The translations under genes and the position numbers were made by a program. A stretch of 64,000 nt of DNA from Candidatus Latescibacterota bacterium (GTDB taxonomy: Bacteria; Latescibacterota; UBA2968; UBA8231), in the NCBI GenBank assembly GCA_965248355.1, contig OZ252098.1:416001-480000 (forward strand), given 5' to 3'. Below the pieces are notes generated by a model that saw only the letters and a program-made list of their open reading frames with translations, did not search any database and was not told the origin of the DNA. Shown here one piece after another: positions 30,547 through 41,186 of this stretch (within the stretch, counting starts at the first letter, position 1; the number at the start of each line of letters is the position of its first letter).

Positions 30547-32763
30547 ATGCTTCGATCAGGAAAGCGGAAGCCCCCGTTCACCGTTACCCTCGCCGGGCTC
30601 TGTCTCCTGCTGGCCCGGGGCGGCCTCGCCGAGGAGGGACCCCCGCTGCCCGAAGGCAGCATCGCCCGCCTGGGCCGGGGGGAGATATGGGTGAAGTCCG
30701 CCCTCTCGGCCGACGGCGCGCGCCTGGCCGTGGCCAGCAGGTACGGCGTCTGGCTCCGCGACGGGCACACCGGTGCCGAAATCGCCCGGCTGGAAGGGAG
30801 CGCGGACGGGATCCGGAGGACTCTGGCCTTCTCCCCGGACGGGTCCATTCTGGCTGGCGGCGGCGACGACGGTTCGCTCCGGTTGTGGGACGTGGCCAGC
30901 GGCGGCTACAAGGACACCCCTGAGAAGCACAGGGGGAGGGTGCTCGCCATGGCCTTCTCCCCGGACGGAGCCACCCTGGCCACCACCGGCGGCGAGGACA
31001 AGCGGATCCGGCTGTGGTCGGTCGACTCGGGCCAGCCCCAGGCCACCCTCGCGGGGCACTTGTGGGATGTGGTCTCCGTGGCCTTCTCGCCGGACGGAGC
31101 GACCCTGGCCAGCGGCAGCGGCGACGGCACGGTCAGGCTGTGGTCGGTCGACAATGGTCTCCACACCGCCACGCTGGAAGGACATGGAGCCTGGGTCCAT
31201 GCCGTGGCCTTCTCTCCGGACGGCTCGCTCCTGGCCAGCGGCGTCCGGGACGGCGAGATCCGGCTGTGGGATACAGCTACCGGCGGGCACAGGACCACCC
31301 TGCCTCGCCGGGGCGGGGTCTACTTCCTGGCCTTCTCTCCGGACGGGGCGACCCTGGTCGGCGGCGGCGGCAGGGAGGTGCGGTTGTGGGACGTGGCCAG
31401 CGGCCAGTCCGGGGCCTCGCTGCCGATGGGTAACTTCAGGATCCTCTCCGTGACCTTCTCGCCCGAAGGCAGGGTCGTCGTCAGCGGCGGTCAGGGCCAT
31501 ACGGTCGGCCGGTGGGACCTGGCCAGCGGCCAGCTCGAGGCCTCGCTGAGCTTCGGCGAAGAGCATATGAGGTACGTGGCATCGGTGGCCTTCTCGCCCG
31601 ACGGGAAGAGCCTGGCCAGTGCCGGGGACGACAATGCCGTCCGCCTGTGGGACGTGGACGGCCGCCGCTTCAGGGCAATCCTCCACGGCCACCGGCGCCC
31701 GGTCAGCGCGGTGGCCTTCTCGCCCGATGGCTCGCTCCTGGCCAGCGGCAGCGCGGACTTGACGGTGCGTTTGTGGGCCTCCGGCAGCGGCCGGCACACG
31801 GCCACCCTTCGCGGCCCCTCGGGCAGGGTCACGGCGGTGGCCTTCTCGCCGGACGGTCAGACTCTGGCCAGCGGCGATGGACACGGCACGATCCTGCTGC
31901 GGAGGGTGGAGGACGGCCGCCTCGAGGCCACGCTGGATGCCTATCCGGAGGTGGTCCGGGCGGTGGCCTTCTCGCCCGACGGCAGAACGCTTGCCAGCGG
32001 CCATGACGACGAGACCATCCGACTGTGGGACGTCGACACCGGAGAGCTCCGGTCCGTCCTGGAGGGAAACGGAGGCTCGGTCGACGCGGTGGCTTTCTCA
32101 CCGGATGGACGGACCCTCGCCAGTGGCGGCTGGGATGGCCTTCTCCGGTTGTGGGACGTCGGGACCGGAGAGCTTCGTGCCGTCCTGGAGGGACATGGTG
32201 ACCGGGGGCACGGGACCATTGATGCCGTGGCCTTTTCGCCCGATGGCGCCCTCCTGGCCAGCACCGGCGGGGACCACGCCATCAGGTTGTGGGCGGCGGA
32301 CAGTGGCCGACTCGAAGGACTCTTCATGTACAAGGCCATTGACCTGGCCTTCTCCCCGGACGGCACGACCCTGGCGACCGGCAACGACGACGGCACCATC
32401 CTGCTGTGGGACGTGTCGCCGCACCTCGCCGCCGGATCGACCTCGGCCGGGCTCTCCCCGGCGCTGCCGCACAGGACAGATCTGCTGGCCAACTACCCCA
32501 ATCCCTTCAACCCGGAGACCTGGATCCCATACCAGCTTCACGCGCCGGCGCGAGTGCGTCTGACGATCCGCGATGTGCGTGGGGCCCTGGTGCGGGAGAT
32601 CGATCTGGGCTACCGGCCCGCGGGGTGGTACAGTACTCGGGAGCGCGCCGTCCGCTGGGACGGCCGCGGCCAGCGGGGTGAGACCCTGGCCAGCGGGGTC
32701 TACTTCGCCCGGCTGCAGGCGGGCCCGGCGGCCGGCGTGCGCAAGATGCTCCTCCTCAAGTGA
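30547..32763 (+). CDS. WD40-repeat protein (about 14 blades) with C-terminal FlgD-Ig/T9SS type-A sorting domain
   Basis: Signal peptide, LPEGSIARLGRG, 13 xFSP(D/E)G repeats, NYPNPFNPETWIPY...WDG...ASGVYF...RKMLLLK. Confidence 0.92.
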   Translation: MLRSGKRKPPFTVTLAGLCLLLARGGLAEEGPPLPEGSIARLGRGEIWVKSALSADGARLAVASRYGVWLRDGHTGAEIARLEGSADGIRRTLAFSPDGSILAGGGDDGSLRLWDVASGGYKDTPEKHRGRVLAMAFSPDGATLATTGGEDKRIRLWSVDSGQPQATLAGHLWDVVSVAFSPDGATLASGSGDGTVRLWSVDNGLHTATLEGHGAWVHAVAFSPDGSLLASGVRDGEIRLWDTATGGHRTTLPRRGGVYFLAFSPDGATLVGGGGREVRLWDVASGQSGASLPMGNFRILSVTFSPEGRVVVSGGQGHTVGRWDLASGQLEASLSFGEEHMRYVASVAFSPDGKSLASAGDDNAVRLWDVDGRRFRAILHGHRRPVSAVAFSPDGSLLASGSADLTVRLWASGSGRHTATLRGPSGRVTAVAFSPDGQTLASGDGHGTILLRRVEDGRLEATLDAYPEVVRAVAFSPDGRTLASGHDDETIRLWDVDTGELRSVLEGNGGSVDAVAFSPDGRTLASGGWDGLLRLWDVGTGELRAVLEGHGDRGHGTIDAVAFSPDGALLASTGGDHAIRLWAADSGRLEGLFMYKAIDLAFSPDGTTLATGNDDGTILLWDVSPHLAAGSTSAGLSPALPHRTDLLANYPNPFNPETWIPYQLHAPARVRLTIRDVRGALVREIDLGYRPAGWYSTRERAVRWDGRGQRGETLASGVYFARLQAGPAAGVRKMLLLK

Positions 32764-32847
32764 GGCGGCAGCGGAGTGTCAGCGTCCGCCGCGCCGGGGT
32801 TCTGAGCCCACCAGGGAAGTCCGATCAGTTCCGAGAGAGGGGCCGAC

Positions 32848-35092
32848 ATGCGTCGACACGGAACGCCGAGACCGCTGTTGACTCTTGCCCTCGCCGGGCT
32901 CTGTCTCCTCCTGGCCCAGGACGGCCTCGCCGGGGAGGTGCCCCCGCTGCCCGAAGGCAGCATCGCCCGCCTGGGCCGGGGGGAGATCCAGGTCATGGCT
33001 CTCTCGACCGATGGCACGAGGCTGGCCCTGGGCAGCAAGTACGGCGTCTGGCTCCGGGACGGGCACACCGGCGCCGACCTCGCCCGGCTGCAGGGGACCT
33101 CGGAAGGGGTAGGATTGCTCGCTCTCTCCCCGGACGGGTCCACCCTGGCCGGCGGGAGCGTGGGCGGCTGGGTCCGGCTGTGGGACCTGAACAGCGGACG
33201 CTACGAGGACAGCCTGGAAAGGCACAAGGGGATGGTGGTCGCCCTGGCCTTCTCTCCGGACGGCTCACTCCTGGCGACGGCTGGCGGCAAGGACAGGCGG
33301 GTCCGGCTGTGGTCCGTGGAGACCGGCCGGACCGAGGCGATCCTCGCGGGGCATCGGTGGGACGTCCTCTCCGTGGCCTTCTCTCCGGACGGGAAGACGC
33401 TGGCGAGCGGCAGCGCCGACGGCACGATCCGGCTGTGGTCCGTCGACGAAGGTCTTCACACCGACACCCTCGAAGGTCTTGGGACCTGGGTCCATGCCGT
33501 GGCCTTCTCTCCGGACGGCTCGATGCTTGCCGGCGGCGGGCGCAACGGCGAGGTCGGGCTGTGGGATGTGGCTGCCGGCCGGCATCAGGTCCTGCCGCAT
33601 CTCCACAAGGGCATGGTCTATTTCCTGGCCTTCTCGCCGGACGGGGGCACGTTGGCCAGCGGCGACGACGACACCGAGGTCCGGTTGTGGGACGTGGCAA
33701 GCGCCCAGCCTGGGGCTGTCTTAAACGATGGCAACTGGCGCAGACTTCCAGGTCTCCGCGACCCCGGTTTCATCCTCTTCATGACCTTCCCGCCCGAAGG
33801 CGGGGCCGTGGTCACCTACGGTTCCCGCTATGCGGTGCGGCGGTGGGAGGTGGGAAGCGGCAAGCTCGAGTCGACCTTGCACCTCGAGAGCGACCACATG
33901 AAATACGTGGGGTCGCTGGCCTTTTCCCCCGATGGGAAGAGCCTGGCCAGTACCGGCCGGGACTATACCGTTCGTCTGTGGGACGTGGAGGGCCGCCGCC
34001 TCCGGACCGTTCTCCACGGCCATGGGCGGAATGTCTATGCGGTGGCCTTCTCTCCGGACGGCTCCCTCCTGGCCAGTGGGGAACACCGCCTTGGTGTCCG
34101 GTTGTGGGACGTTGGCAGCGGCCGGCACCTGGAGGCCACCCTTGGAGGCGGCGCGTCGGCAGTCGCTGAAGTGGCCTTCTCGCCGGACGGCGCAAGCCTG
34201 GCCAACACCTCAGGGGGGCGTCAGATCTTTCTGTGGTCGGTGGCCGATGCCCGGTTGAAGAAGATCCTGGACGTCCAGCCGGCCAGCGCGACCAGCGTGG
34301 CCTTCTCACCGGATGGACGGACTCTCGCCAGTGGCGGCCGGCGGGTGGTCCGGCTGTGGGACGCCGACACCGGAGACCTCCGGGCCAACCTGGAAGGGGG
34401 CTCATCTCGTTCGTCGTGGCGGGGCAGGACGCCCGTGGCCTTCTCTCCAGACGGACGGATCCTCGCCGGTGGCGGCAGTCTGCTCCGGCTGTGGGATACG
34501 GATACTGGGGAGCTTCGGGGTTATCTGGAAGGAGCGGACTATCGTTCCGTGGCCTTCTCTCCCGACGGACGGATCCTCGCCGGCAGTGCCGGCAGCCTGG
34601 TCCGGCTGTGGGACACGGATACCTGGGAGCTTCGGTCCGTCCTTGAAGGACAGCGAGACGAGACTCCGGTCCTGTCGGTGGCCTTCTCTCCCGGCGGCGA
34701 GCTGTTGGCGAGCGGCTCGGACGGCACCATCCTGCTGTGGGACATGTCGCCGCATCTCGCCGCCGGACCGACGTCGGTCGGCCTCTCCCCGGCATTGCCG
34801 GACCGGACGGCCCTGCTGCCCAGCTATCCCAATCCCTTCAACCAGGAGACCTGGATCCCCTACCAGCTCCACGCGCCGGCGCGGGTGCGCCTGACGATCC
34901 ACGATGTGCGGGGGGCCCTGGTGCGGGAGAGCGATCTGGGCCACCGGCCGGCGGGCCGGTACCGCGCGATTGGGCGAGCCGCCTTGGGACGGCCGCGGCC
35001 AGCGGGGCGAGCCTCTGGCCAGCGGGGTGTACTTCGCCCGGCTGCAGGCCGGTCCGGTCGCCCAGGTCCGGAAGATGCTTCTCCTCAAGTAG
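32848..35092 (+). CDS. WD40-repeat T9SS-cargo protein, paralog 2 (frameshift near 34984 inside the sorting domain)
   Basis: Same architecture; the WDG...ASGVYF...RKMLLLK tail lies in another frame ending at 35092. Confidence 0.85.
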
Positions 35093-35165
35093 GTGGTCGG
35101 ATCCAATACGGGATGCGCCCAGCGCCTGCATCGATGAGGGACACCCCGGCCGTGGAAACCCTCGC

Positions 35166-37375
35166 ATGAGACGGTGGCCCATGTTCGCCACTGCTCTCGT
35201 CGGGCTCAGTCTCCTGCTGGCGCGGGACAGCCTCGCCAGCGAAGTGGTGCCGCTGCCCGAAGGCAGCATCGCCCGCCTTGGCAGGGGAGAGGTATGGGGC
35301 ACGGCAGCACTCTCGGCCGACGGCACACGGCTGGCCGTGCGCAGCAGGTACGGCCTCTGGCTCAGGGACGGGCACACGGGCGAAGAAATCGCCCGGCTGG
35401 GAGGTGCCACGGACGGTCTCCGCAGGAGCCTGGCCTTTTCCCGAACGGGTCCATCCTGGCAGGCGGCGGCGAGGACGGTCTGGTCCGGTTGTGGGACCTG
35501 ACGACCGGCAGCTACAGGGACACTCCCGAGAGGCACAGGGGGAAGGTCCTCGCCATGGCTTTCTCGGCGGACGGGGCCACCCTGGCCACCACCGGCGGCG
35601 AGGACAAGCGCATCCGGCTGTGGGACGTGGAGACCGCCCGACACGAGGCAACCCTCGCGGGGCACTTGTGGGATGTGGTCTCCGTGGCCTTCTCGCCGGA
35701 CGGAGCGACCCTGGCCAGCGGCAGCGGCGACGGCACGGTCAGGCTGTGGTCGGTCGCCAATGGTCTCCACACCGCCACGCTGGAAGGGCATGGAGACTGG
35801 GTCTATTCGGTGGCCTTCTCGCCGGATGGCTCGCTCCTGGCCAGCGGCGCCCGGGACGGCGAGGTCCGGGTGTGGGATGTGGCCACCGGCCGGCACAAGG
35901 TCACCTTGCCGCACCGGAGCCTGGTCTACTACCTGGCGTTCTCGCCGGACGGGGCGACCCTGGCCGGCGGCGGCGGCAGCGAGGTGCGGTTGTGGGACGT
36001 GGCCAGCGGCCAGCTCGGGGCCTCGCTGCCGATGGGAGGCTTCGGGATCCTTTCCGTGACCTTCTCACCAGAAGGCAGGATCGTCGTCAGCGGGGGTCAT
36101 GGCCATACGGTGCGCCGGTGGGACCTCGCCAGCGGACGGCTCGAGTCCGCCTTGCACTTGGCGGGGGAGCACATGGGGAGCGTGCGGTCGGTAGCCTTCT
36201 CGCCGGACGGGAAGAGCCTGGCCAGTACGGGCGATGACAATGCGGTCCGTCTGTGGGACGTGGACCGCCGCCGCCTCAGGGCCTTCCTCCCAGGGCATCA
36301 GCGGCGGGTCACCTCGGTGGCCTTTTCCCCGGACGGCTCCCTCCTGGCCAGCGGCAGCCAAGACCTCACGGTCCGCTTGTGGGACCCCGTCAGCGGCCGG
36401 CACACGGCCACCCTTCGGGGCCCCGCGGGGCGAGTCCACTCGGTGGCCTTCTCCCCTGACGGCGCCACCCTGGCCAACGGCGACTGGCACGGTCAGGTCC
36501 TCCTGTGGTCGGTGCCGGACCGCCGGTTGAAGGCCGTTCTCGATGCCTATCCGGAGGCGGTCTGGTCGGTAGCCTTCGCGCCAGATGGACGAACCCTCGC
36601 CAGCGGCCATGACGACGACACCATCCGGCTGTGGGACCCCGACACCGGAGAGCTGCGGTCCGTCCTGGAGGGGGGAACCAGAGGCCGGGTCAGGTCAGTG
36701 GCCTTCTCACCGGATGGACGGACCCTCGCCAGTGGCGGACGGGGTGGCAGCTCGGATGATCTGGTCCGGCTGTGGGACGCGGAAACCGGAGAGCTCCGGA
36801 CAACCCTCGAAGGAGGCGCCTCGCGATCCGTGGCCTTCTCTCCCGACGGACGGATCTTCACCGGTGGCGCCAGCCCGATCCCTCTGTGGGACGGCCACAC
36901 CTGGGAGCTCCGGTCCATCCTCGAAGGCCAGGGAGACGGGAGTGTGGTCATTTCGGTGGCCTTCTCTCCCGACGGCGCGACCCTGGCCAGCGGCAACTCC
37001 GACGGCACCATCCTGCTGTGGGACCTGTCGCCGCACCTCGCCGGACCGACGTCGGTCGGGCTCTCCCAAGCGCTGCCGGATCGGACCGCCCTGCTGCCCA
37101 GCTACCCCAATCCCTTCAACCAGGAGACCTGGATCCCCTTCCAGCTCGACGCGCCAGCGCTTGTGCGCCTGACGATCCACGATGTCCGGGGGGCCCTGGT
37201 GCGAGAGATCGATCGGGGCCACCGGCCCGCGGGGTGGTACCGCACCAGCGGGCGCGCCGCTCGATGGGACGGCCGCGGCCAACGGGGCGAGCCTCTGGCC
37301 AGCGGGGTGTACTTCGCCCGGCTGCAGGCCGGGGGGACGATCGTTCAGATGCGGAAGATGCTTCTGCTCAAGTGA
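35166..37375 (+). CDS. WD40-repeat T9SS-cargo protein, paralog 3 (1-nt frameshift near 35440)
   Basis: MRRWPMFATALVGLSLLLA...LPEGSIARLGRG in one frame; continues ...PNGSILAGG in the next frame (one C short in a C-run). Confidence 0.85.
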
Positions 37376-37449
37376 GGCGGCAGTCGAACTTCAGGGACCC
37401 GGTCAGAGTCAGATCGCACCATCGTGGGCCCGAGAAAGGGAGATGCAGG

Positions 37450-38355
37450 ATGAGGACGATCCGCTTGTTGCCGACGGTGATTCCGGTGCTCTGGATGGTG
37501 GGCCTTCGGTGTGCGGCGTCCGGGGCCGCCGAGGCCGAATCGCCGGAAGCGGAGGTGGTTCCGGAAGGGGGCGAGATCGACAGCCGCGCGGTGGCGGCGG
37601 GCGCCCGGGTGATGGTGGTCCATGGGCGCGGAGAGCGGCATCCGGTCTCGGGGGAGTGGGCCCGGCTGGATACGTCGGCGGGTTACGTGCAGGCGATCCA
37701 TGCGGAGACGCTTGTTCTGGCGCGGGAAGGGGATCTGCGGCAGCAGCGGATCTCCCTGGACCGCATTCAGAGGGTGGTCATGGAGGGGCCGCCTGCATGG
37801 GAGGCGTCGATCGACAGTATGGGGGCAGCCAGGAAAGCGGAAGTAGAGTCCGTGGAGAGGCCACCGCAGGGGCGCTTCCTGTTCCCCCTGGAGCGGATGG
37901 TGGATGACCGGCACGCTCGGATTTCCGGAAAGCTGGCAGCGGGTACCCTTGGGGGAGTGGTGGGGGGCCTCGCAGGCGTGGTTGCTGGAGTGGCTTGGGG
38001 TTCAACAGAAGACTGTGCCCAGGGAGACACCTTCTGTGGACTGGCGAAAGTCGTGTATGCGCTTCTACTGGGGACGCCGGGCTATATCGTCGGCGCCGCC
38101 GTCGGCGTGAGCCGGTTGGACCCGCACGACCGGTTCATTTCCGCCATGGCGGGTAGTGCTGCGGGACTCATCCCCGGCATTTACCTGACGCGTGCGGAAG
38201 GCATACTCTGGCCGACCTTGTTTGCTGCCCCCATCGTCACGGCAACGATGATGTCCGAGTGGTCCCGCGATCCCCCCGAGGACGCCGGTATATCCCTTCG
38301 TCTGTCGCCAACTCCCGGAAGGGGAATTTCAGCGGTCGCCGCGCTGCGGTTCTGA
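37450..38355 (+). CDS. Secreted glycine-zipper protein, paralog B
   Basis: MRTIRLLPTVIPVLW...; N-domain near-identical to paralog A; GxxxG TM core; ends SPTPGRGISAVAALRF. Confidence 0.7.
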   Translation: MRTIRLLPTVIPVLWMVGLRCAASGAAEAESPEAEVVPEGGEIDSRAVAAGARVMVVHGRGERHPVSGEWARLDTSAGYVQAIHAETLVLAREGDLRQQRISLDRIQRVVMEGPPAWEASIDSMGAARKAEVESVERPPQGRFLFPLERMVDDRHARISGKLAAGTLGGVVGGLAGVVAGVAWGSTEDCAQGDTFCGLAKVVYALLLGTPGYIVGAAVGVSRLDPHDRFISAMAGSAAGLIPGIYLTRAEGILWPTLFAAPIVTATMMSEWSRDPPEDAGISLRLSPTPGRGISAVAALRF

Positions 38356-38498
38356 ACCGCCGCTCGGCTCCCCGGTGCCGCCGTCAGGAGGCCGCCATCT
38401 GCGACACGATCTCCTCCTCAGGCGGGGCGCCGAGGTCGGTTCTGGCGATGCGGGCGGGTGGGCCCGGCCGGACGCGTCGGTGGGCTACGTGCAGCCGC

Positions 38499-39563
38499 CT
38501 ATCCCTCCGGCTGCATGTCCTCGCCGCGCAGCAGGAAGGCGCGGATGTCGTAGCGGCCCGGCCGCTCTACCGGCAGATCCCCCGCCTCGATCATGGCCTC
38601 CAGCGGCGAGGCCATCGTCCGCAATGGCAGCGCGGTCACCTCGTGCAGCCGCGCCGACTCGTACGTGGCCATGATGATCTCCACGGCCGCCCGGCCGTTC
38701 TCCGCCTGGCCGCGATGCTCGACCTTGCCTTCGATCCACTCCACGATCTCGCGCTGCTGCCCGACGCTGGGGTCCTCGCCCTCGCCGGGACGCTCCTCCC
38801 AAGTGCCGGTCCGGCTGTTGAGCAGCCGCACCTTGCGCTCGTCGAGTTCGATGATGCCCTCCGAGCCGTAGAAGACCCCGCCCTGGTAGTTCGGACCGGC
38901 CAGCTCCTGCAGGACCTGGCCGATGGCCCCGTTGTCGAATTGCACGACGCACAGACTGCGATCCTCGATGGGGATGTCGCGCTCAAAGCGGTCGGTCTTG
39001 CGCTCGATATTGCCCATGACCCACACCGCCTGCGGATCGCCCATCACATAGCGCATCATGTCCAACAGGTGCGAGCAATCGTTGAGCAAACCCTGGCCAC
39101 CGCGCGCGTTGACCTGCCGCACCTCCCCGATGGCTCCCTCCGCCACCAGCTCCCTGGCCAGAGTCCACGCCGGATTGAAGCGGCGCTGATGGGCAATGGC
39201 CAGCTTGCCGTCGTTGCGCCGGGCGGCGATGAGCATGTCGTCGCACTCGCCCAGACTGGTCGCCATGGGTTTCTCGCACAGCACGGCTTTGGGTTTGCGC
39301 GCACAAGCGGCAATCGTCATCGGCGCGTGCAGCTTGTGCCAGGTGCAGATCGAGACGATGTCGAGCGTCTCGTCGTCGACCATTTGGCGGAAATCCTCGT
39401 AGCGTTGGGCGATCCCGTGCCTCTCGCCGAACTCCTCCCGCGCCTCAGCCACCGGATCGGCCAGCGCCACCACCTCGGCCTGGTCCACCCCGTTCCAGCC
39501 GTGCATGTGGTAGTGGGCGATGCTGCCACAGCCGACAATGCCCACTCCGTACGTCTCTGCCAT
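38499..39563 (-). CDS. Gfo/Idh/MocA family oxidoreductase
   Basis: GIVGCGSIA, AVLCEKPMA, HQRRF. Confidence 0.9.
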   Translation of the reverse strand: MAETYGVGIVGCGSIAHYHMHGWNGVDQAEVVALADPVAEAREEFGERHGIAQRYEDFRQMVDDETLDIVSICTWHKLHAPMTIAACARKPKAVLCEKPMATSLGECDDMLIAARRNDGKLAIAHQRRFNPAWTLARELVAEGAIGEVRQVNARGGQGLLNDCSHLLDMMRYVMGDPQAVWVMGNIERKTDRFERDIPIEDRSLCVVQFDNGAIGQVLQELAGPNYQGGVFYGSEGIIELDERKVRLLNSRTGTWEERPGEGEDPSVGQQREIVEWIEGKVEHRGQAENGRAAVEIIMATYESARLHEVTALPLRTMASPLEAMIEAGDLPVERPGRYDIRAFLLRGEDMQPEG

Positions 39564-39601
39564 GTCGTCTGCCCGCTTTGGTCCCGGCCGTCCCTTTCCC
39601 G

Positions 39602-40390
39602 TCACGGCACACCCGGAGAAGCCGCCAGCAGCCCGCCGTCGACCTGGAGGGACACCCCCGTGATGCAACCCGCCGCCGGCGAGCAGAGGAAGGCCGCGGC
39701 CCGGCCGATGTCCTCCGGCGTGCCGGGCCGGCGCAGGGGCACGGCGTCGAACAGCTCCTCGCGGATGCTGCCGCGCTCCGGCGGCGTCGTGCCGATGACG
39801 TGGTCCGTGTCCATGTACCCCGGCATGATGGCGTTGCAGCGGATGCCGTGTACGCCGAGGTCGACGGCCATGCTCATGGTGAGGCGCAGGATGCCCGCCT
39901 TCGCCGTGCCGTAGGCGGTGTCCTCCTTCCAGGCGCGCTTCGCGTGCACGGAGGAGGTGCTCACGATGCAGCCTCCGTCCCCCTGCTTCACCATGGCCCG
40001 CGCCGCCTGCTGGCTGCACAGGAAGAACCCCTTCAGGCCGATGTCGAGGTTGGCGTCCCAGTTCTCCTCGGACAGCTCCAGGAAGGACTGGCCGGTGCCG
40101 CCGAAGGGGTTGTTCGCCAGGATGTCGATGCGGCCGAAGCGTTCCAGGAAGGCGGCGAACATGTTCTCCACCTGCCCCTTGTGGGAGATGTCGGCGGCGA
40201 AGAACTCGGCCTGCCGGCCGCGGGCCCCGATGAGGCGCAGGGTCTCCTCCCCGTCGGCATCGCGCTCCAGGTCGTTGACGCCCACGTCGCAGCCCGCCTC
40301 GGCCAGGGCCAGGCAGATCCCCCGGCCGATGCGGCGCTTGCCGCCGGTCACCAGGGCCTTCTTCCCATCAAGCGAATGTGGATCGGGCAT
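39602..40390 (-). CDS. SDR family oxidoreductase
   Basis: TGGKRRIGRG, YGTAK, IRCNAIMPG, ITGVSLQVDGG. Confidence 0.9.
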   Translation of the reverse strand: MPDPHSLDGKKALVTGGKRRIGRGICLALAEAGCDVGVNDLERDADGEETLRLIGARGRQAEFFAADISHKGQVENMFAAFLERFGRIDILANNPFGGTGQSFLELSEENWDANLDIGLKGFFLCSQQAARAMVKQGDGGCIVSTSSVHAKRAWKEDTAYGTAKAGILRLTMSMAVDLGVHGIRCNAIMPGYMDTDHVIGTTPPERGSIREELFDAVPLRRPGTPEDIGRAAAFLCSPAAGCITGVSLQVDGGLLAASPGVP

Positions 40391-40533
40391 TGCATGCTCC
40401 CTCGTTGTTGTGGAATGTCGAGCCGCGGCGAGGCGCGGGGCCGGAAGAAAGGGGCCCCGCCGTTCCTGCTCAAACCACCTGCCCGGGCTGAACCGGTTGA
40501 CCCACCGGCGGCCTGTCCTTTATTCGCACCCCC

Positions 40534-40836
40534 ATGCCCCGCGTTCACGACATGGGCGGACAGCCGAGCCGCGAGCCCATCGACCGGTCCGAGCACGAGC
40601 TGGCGGACTGGGAGCGCCTCACCAACGCCCTGGTCGGGGTGCTGCGCCACCGCGGTCTCATCAACGTGGACGAACTGCGCCGCGGCATCGAGGCCCTGCC
40701 GCCCGATGAGTACCAGGCCTCCGGCTACTACGAACGCTGGTCGGCCTCCCTCGAAATCCTTCTGGTGGAGAAGGGCCTCCTCACGCCCGCCGAGATCGAC
40801 GCCCGGGCTGCCGAGGTGAAGGCCCGATGGGGATAG
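40534..40836 (+). CDS. Nitrile hydratase beta N-terminal-like subunit (thiocyanate hydrolase ScnB-like)
   Basis: VHDMGG, DWE, VDELRRGIEAL...Y....YYERW...LVEKG. Confidence 0.85.
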   Translation: MPRVHDMGGQPSREPIDRSEHELADWERLTNALVGVLRHRGLINVDELRRGIEALPPDEYQASGYYERWSASLEILLVEKGLLTPAEIDARAAEVKARWG

Positions 40837-41147
40837 TCTTCTCCGCCGGGCCGGGCCGGTTCCGCGCCGGCGAACCCGTCATCGTCCGTACCGACGTGGT
40901 GGACCACCACCATCGCACGCCCTCCTTCATCAAGGGAAAGCGCGGGAGGGTCCGCGCCGTGAGCGGCCCCTTTCTCAATCCGGAGTCACGGGCCCACGGC
41001 GGCACCGGAGAGCCCCGGCGCCTGCTCTACCACGTCGAGTTCCGGCAGGCCGAGGTCTGGGCGGAGCGCTGGCGGGAGGGCCGGGGAGATCTCCTGCTGA
41101 TGGATCTATACGAGCAGTGGCTGGAGAGGGCCGAGGCAGGCCCGTGA
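40827..41147 (+). CDS. Nitrile hydratase beta C-terminal SH3-like subunit (ScnA-like)
   Basis: RFRAGEPV.V...HHRTPSFIKGKRG...NPE.RAHG...LYHVEF...DLYEQWLE. Confidence 0.82.
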   Translation: MGIVFSAGPGRFRAGEPVIVRTDVVDHHHRTPSFIKGKRGRVRAVSGPFLNPESRAHGGTGEPRRLLYHVEFRQAEVWAERWREGRGDLLLMDLYEQWLERAEAGP

Positions 41148-41186
41148 CCGCCCCGCCCCCACTCAACGCTTAGCCAAGGAGGCGCC

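Noticed and set aside
30547-37375. Periodic GCCTTCTCGCCGGACGG repeats as a CRISPR array or DGR template/variable repeats
   Set aside because: They are in-frame WD40 blade codons (AFSPDG). No cas or reverse transcriptase gene is present, and I noticed no adenine-specific mismatch pattern.
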